Below are positions 63,995 through 64,000 of a stretch of 64,000 nt of DNA, piece after piece. Both the position numbers and the translations under genes were made by a program. Below the pieces are notes generated by a model. That model did no database searches, was not told where the DNA came from, and saw nothing but the letters and a program-made list of their open reading frames with translations. Position 1 is the stretch's first letter. Each line of letters begins with the position of its first letter. The stretch is from an uncultured bacterium. GTDB taxonomy: Bacteria > Auribacterota > Erginobacteria > Erginobacterales > CAZKCI01. The stretch spans positions 35,488-99,487 of the forward strand of contig CAZOYW010000002.1 of assembly GCA_964584165.1 (NCBI GenBank). Direction: 5' to 3'.

Positions 63995-64000
63995 GGGGGG

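Overview
This is a high-GC (~70%) bacterial chromosomal window dominated by a large cell-surface polysaccharide (EPS/O-antigen-like) locus at ~1–39 kb. The locus carries a WbaP-type priming transferase, five GT4 and one GT2 glycosyltransferases, three SAM methyltransferases, an SGNH hydrolase, two MOP flippases (Wzx-like and MurJ-like), three Wzy_C ligase/polymerase paralogs (one fused to TPR repeats), a Wzc tyrosine autokinase, Wza, an outer-membrane beta-barrel, a DUF2142 membrane protein and a radical SAM/SPASM protein. After it come an AIR-synthase-related + DUF2877 pair, a three-gene operon ending in a fused double M16 peptidase, DUF1844, gmd plus an rmd-like reductase, a ClpX-like AAA+ protein lacking the zinc-binding domain, and an amidohydrolase. 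Next are secreted SGNH, MORN and lipoprotein genes, then a nickel island (nikR, porin, cbiM/N, cbiQ, cbiO, larE), and finally mrdA and rodA. The left edge holds the 3' end of a PF14907-type nucleotidyltransferase followed by a PqqD-family gene. The most interesting signals are cis elements rather than genes. (1) A 10-bp tandem repeat built on the palindrome TTACGTAA sits immediately upstream of the PqqD gene, and its exact reverse complement lies at perfect 10-bp phase immediately upstream of the radical SAM/SPASM gene 32 kb away. (2) An AT-rich perfect hairpin enclosing the Shine-Dalgarno sequence (CC-GGA-GG) sits at or near three start codons. (3) Two arrays of a 9-bp GTCCATNNC repeat each sit just upstream of a gene and encode (S-I-P)n micro-ORFs. 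(4) Several compound inverted repeats with 7-bp-periodic arms (TGATCAG, GGTGTCA, CTTCTCA) recur; one pair brackets a truncated four-helix-bundle ('23S IVS') gene between gmd and rmd. (5) Paired REP-like hairpin elements flank a 4-kb segment holding a small ParB-like gene followed by an AT-rich array of TTCGCGAA palindromes. No CRISPR array, rRNA, tRNA or transposase was recognised. Many long ORFs in the six-frame track are antisense or N-terminally over-extended high-GC artefacts; corrected starts are given where an internal Met plus signal peptide or Shine-Dalgarno made it clear.
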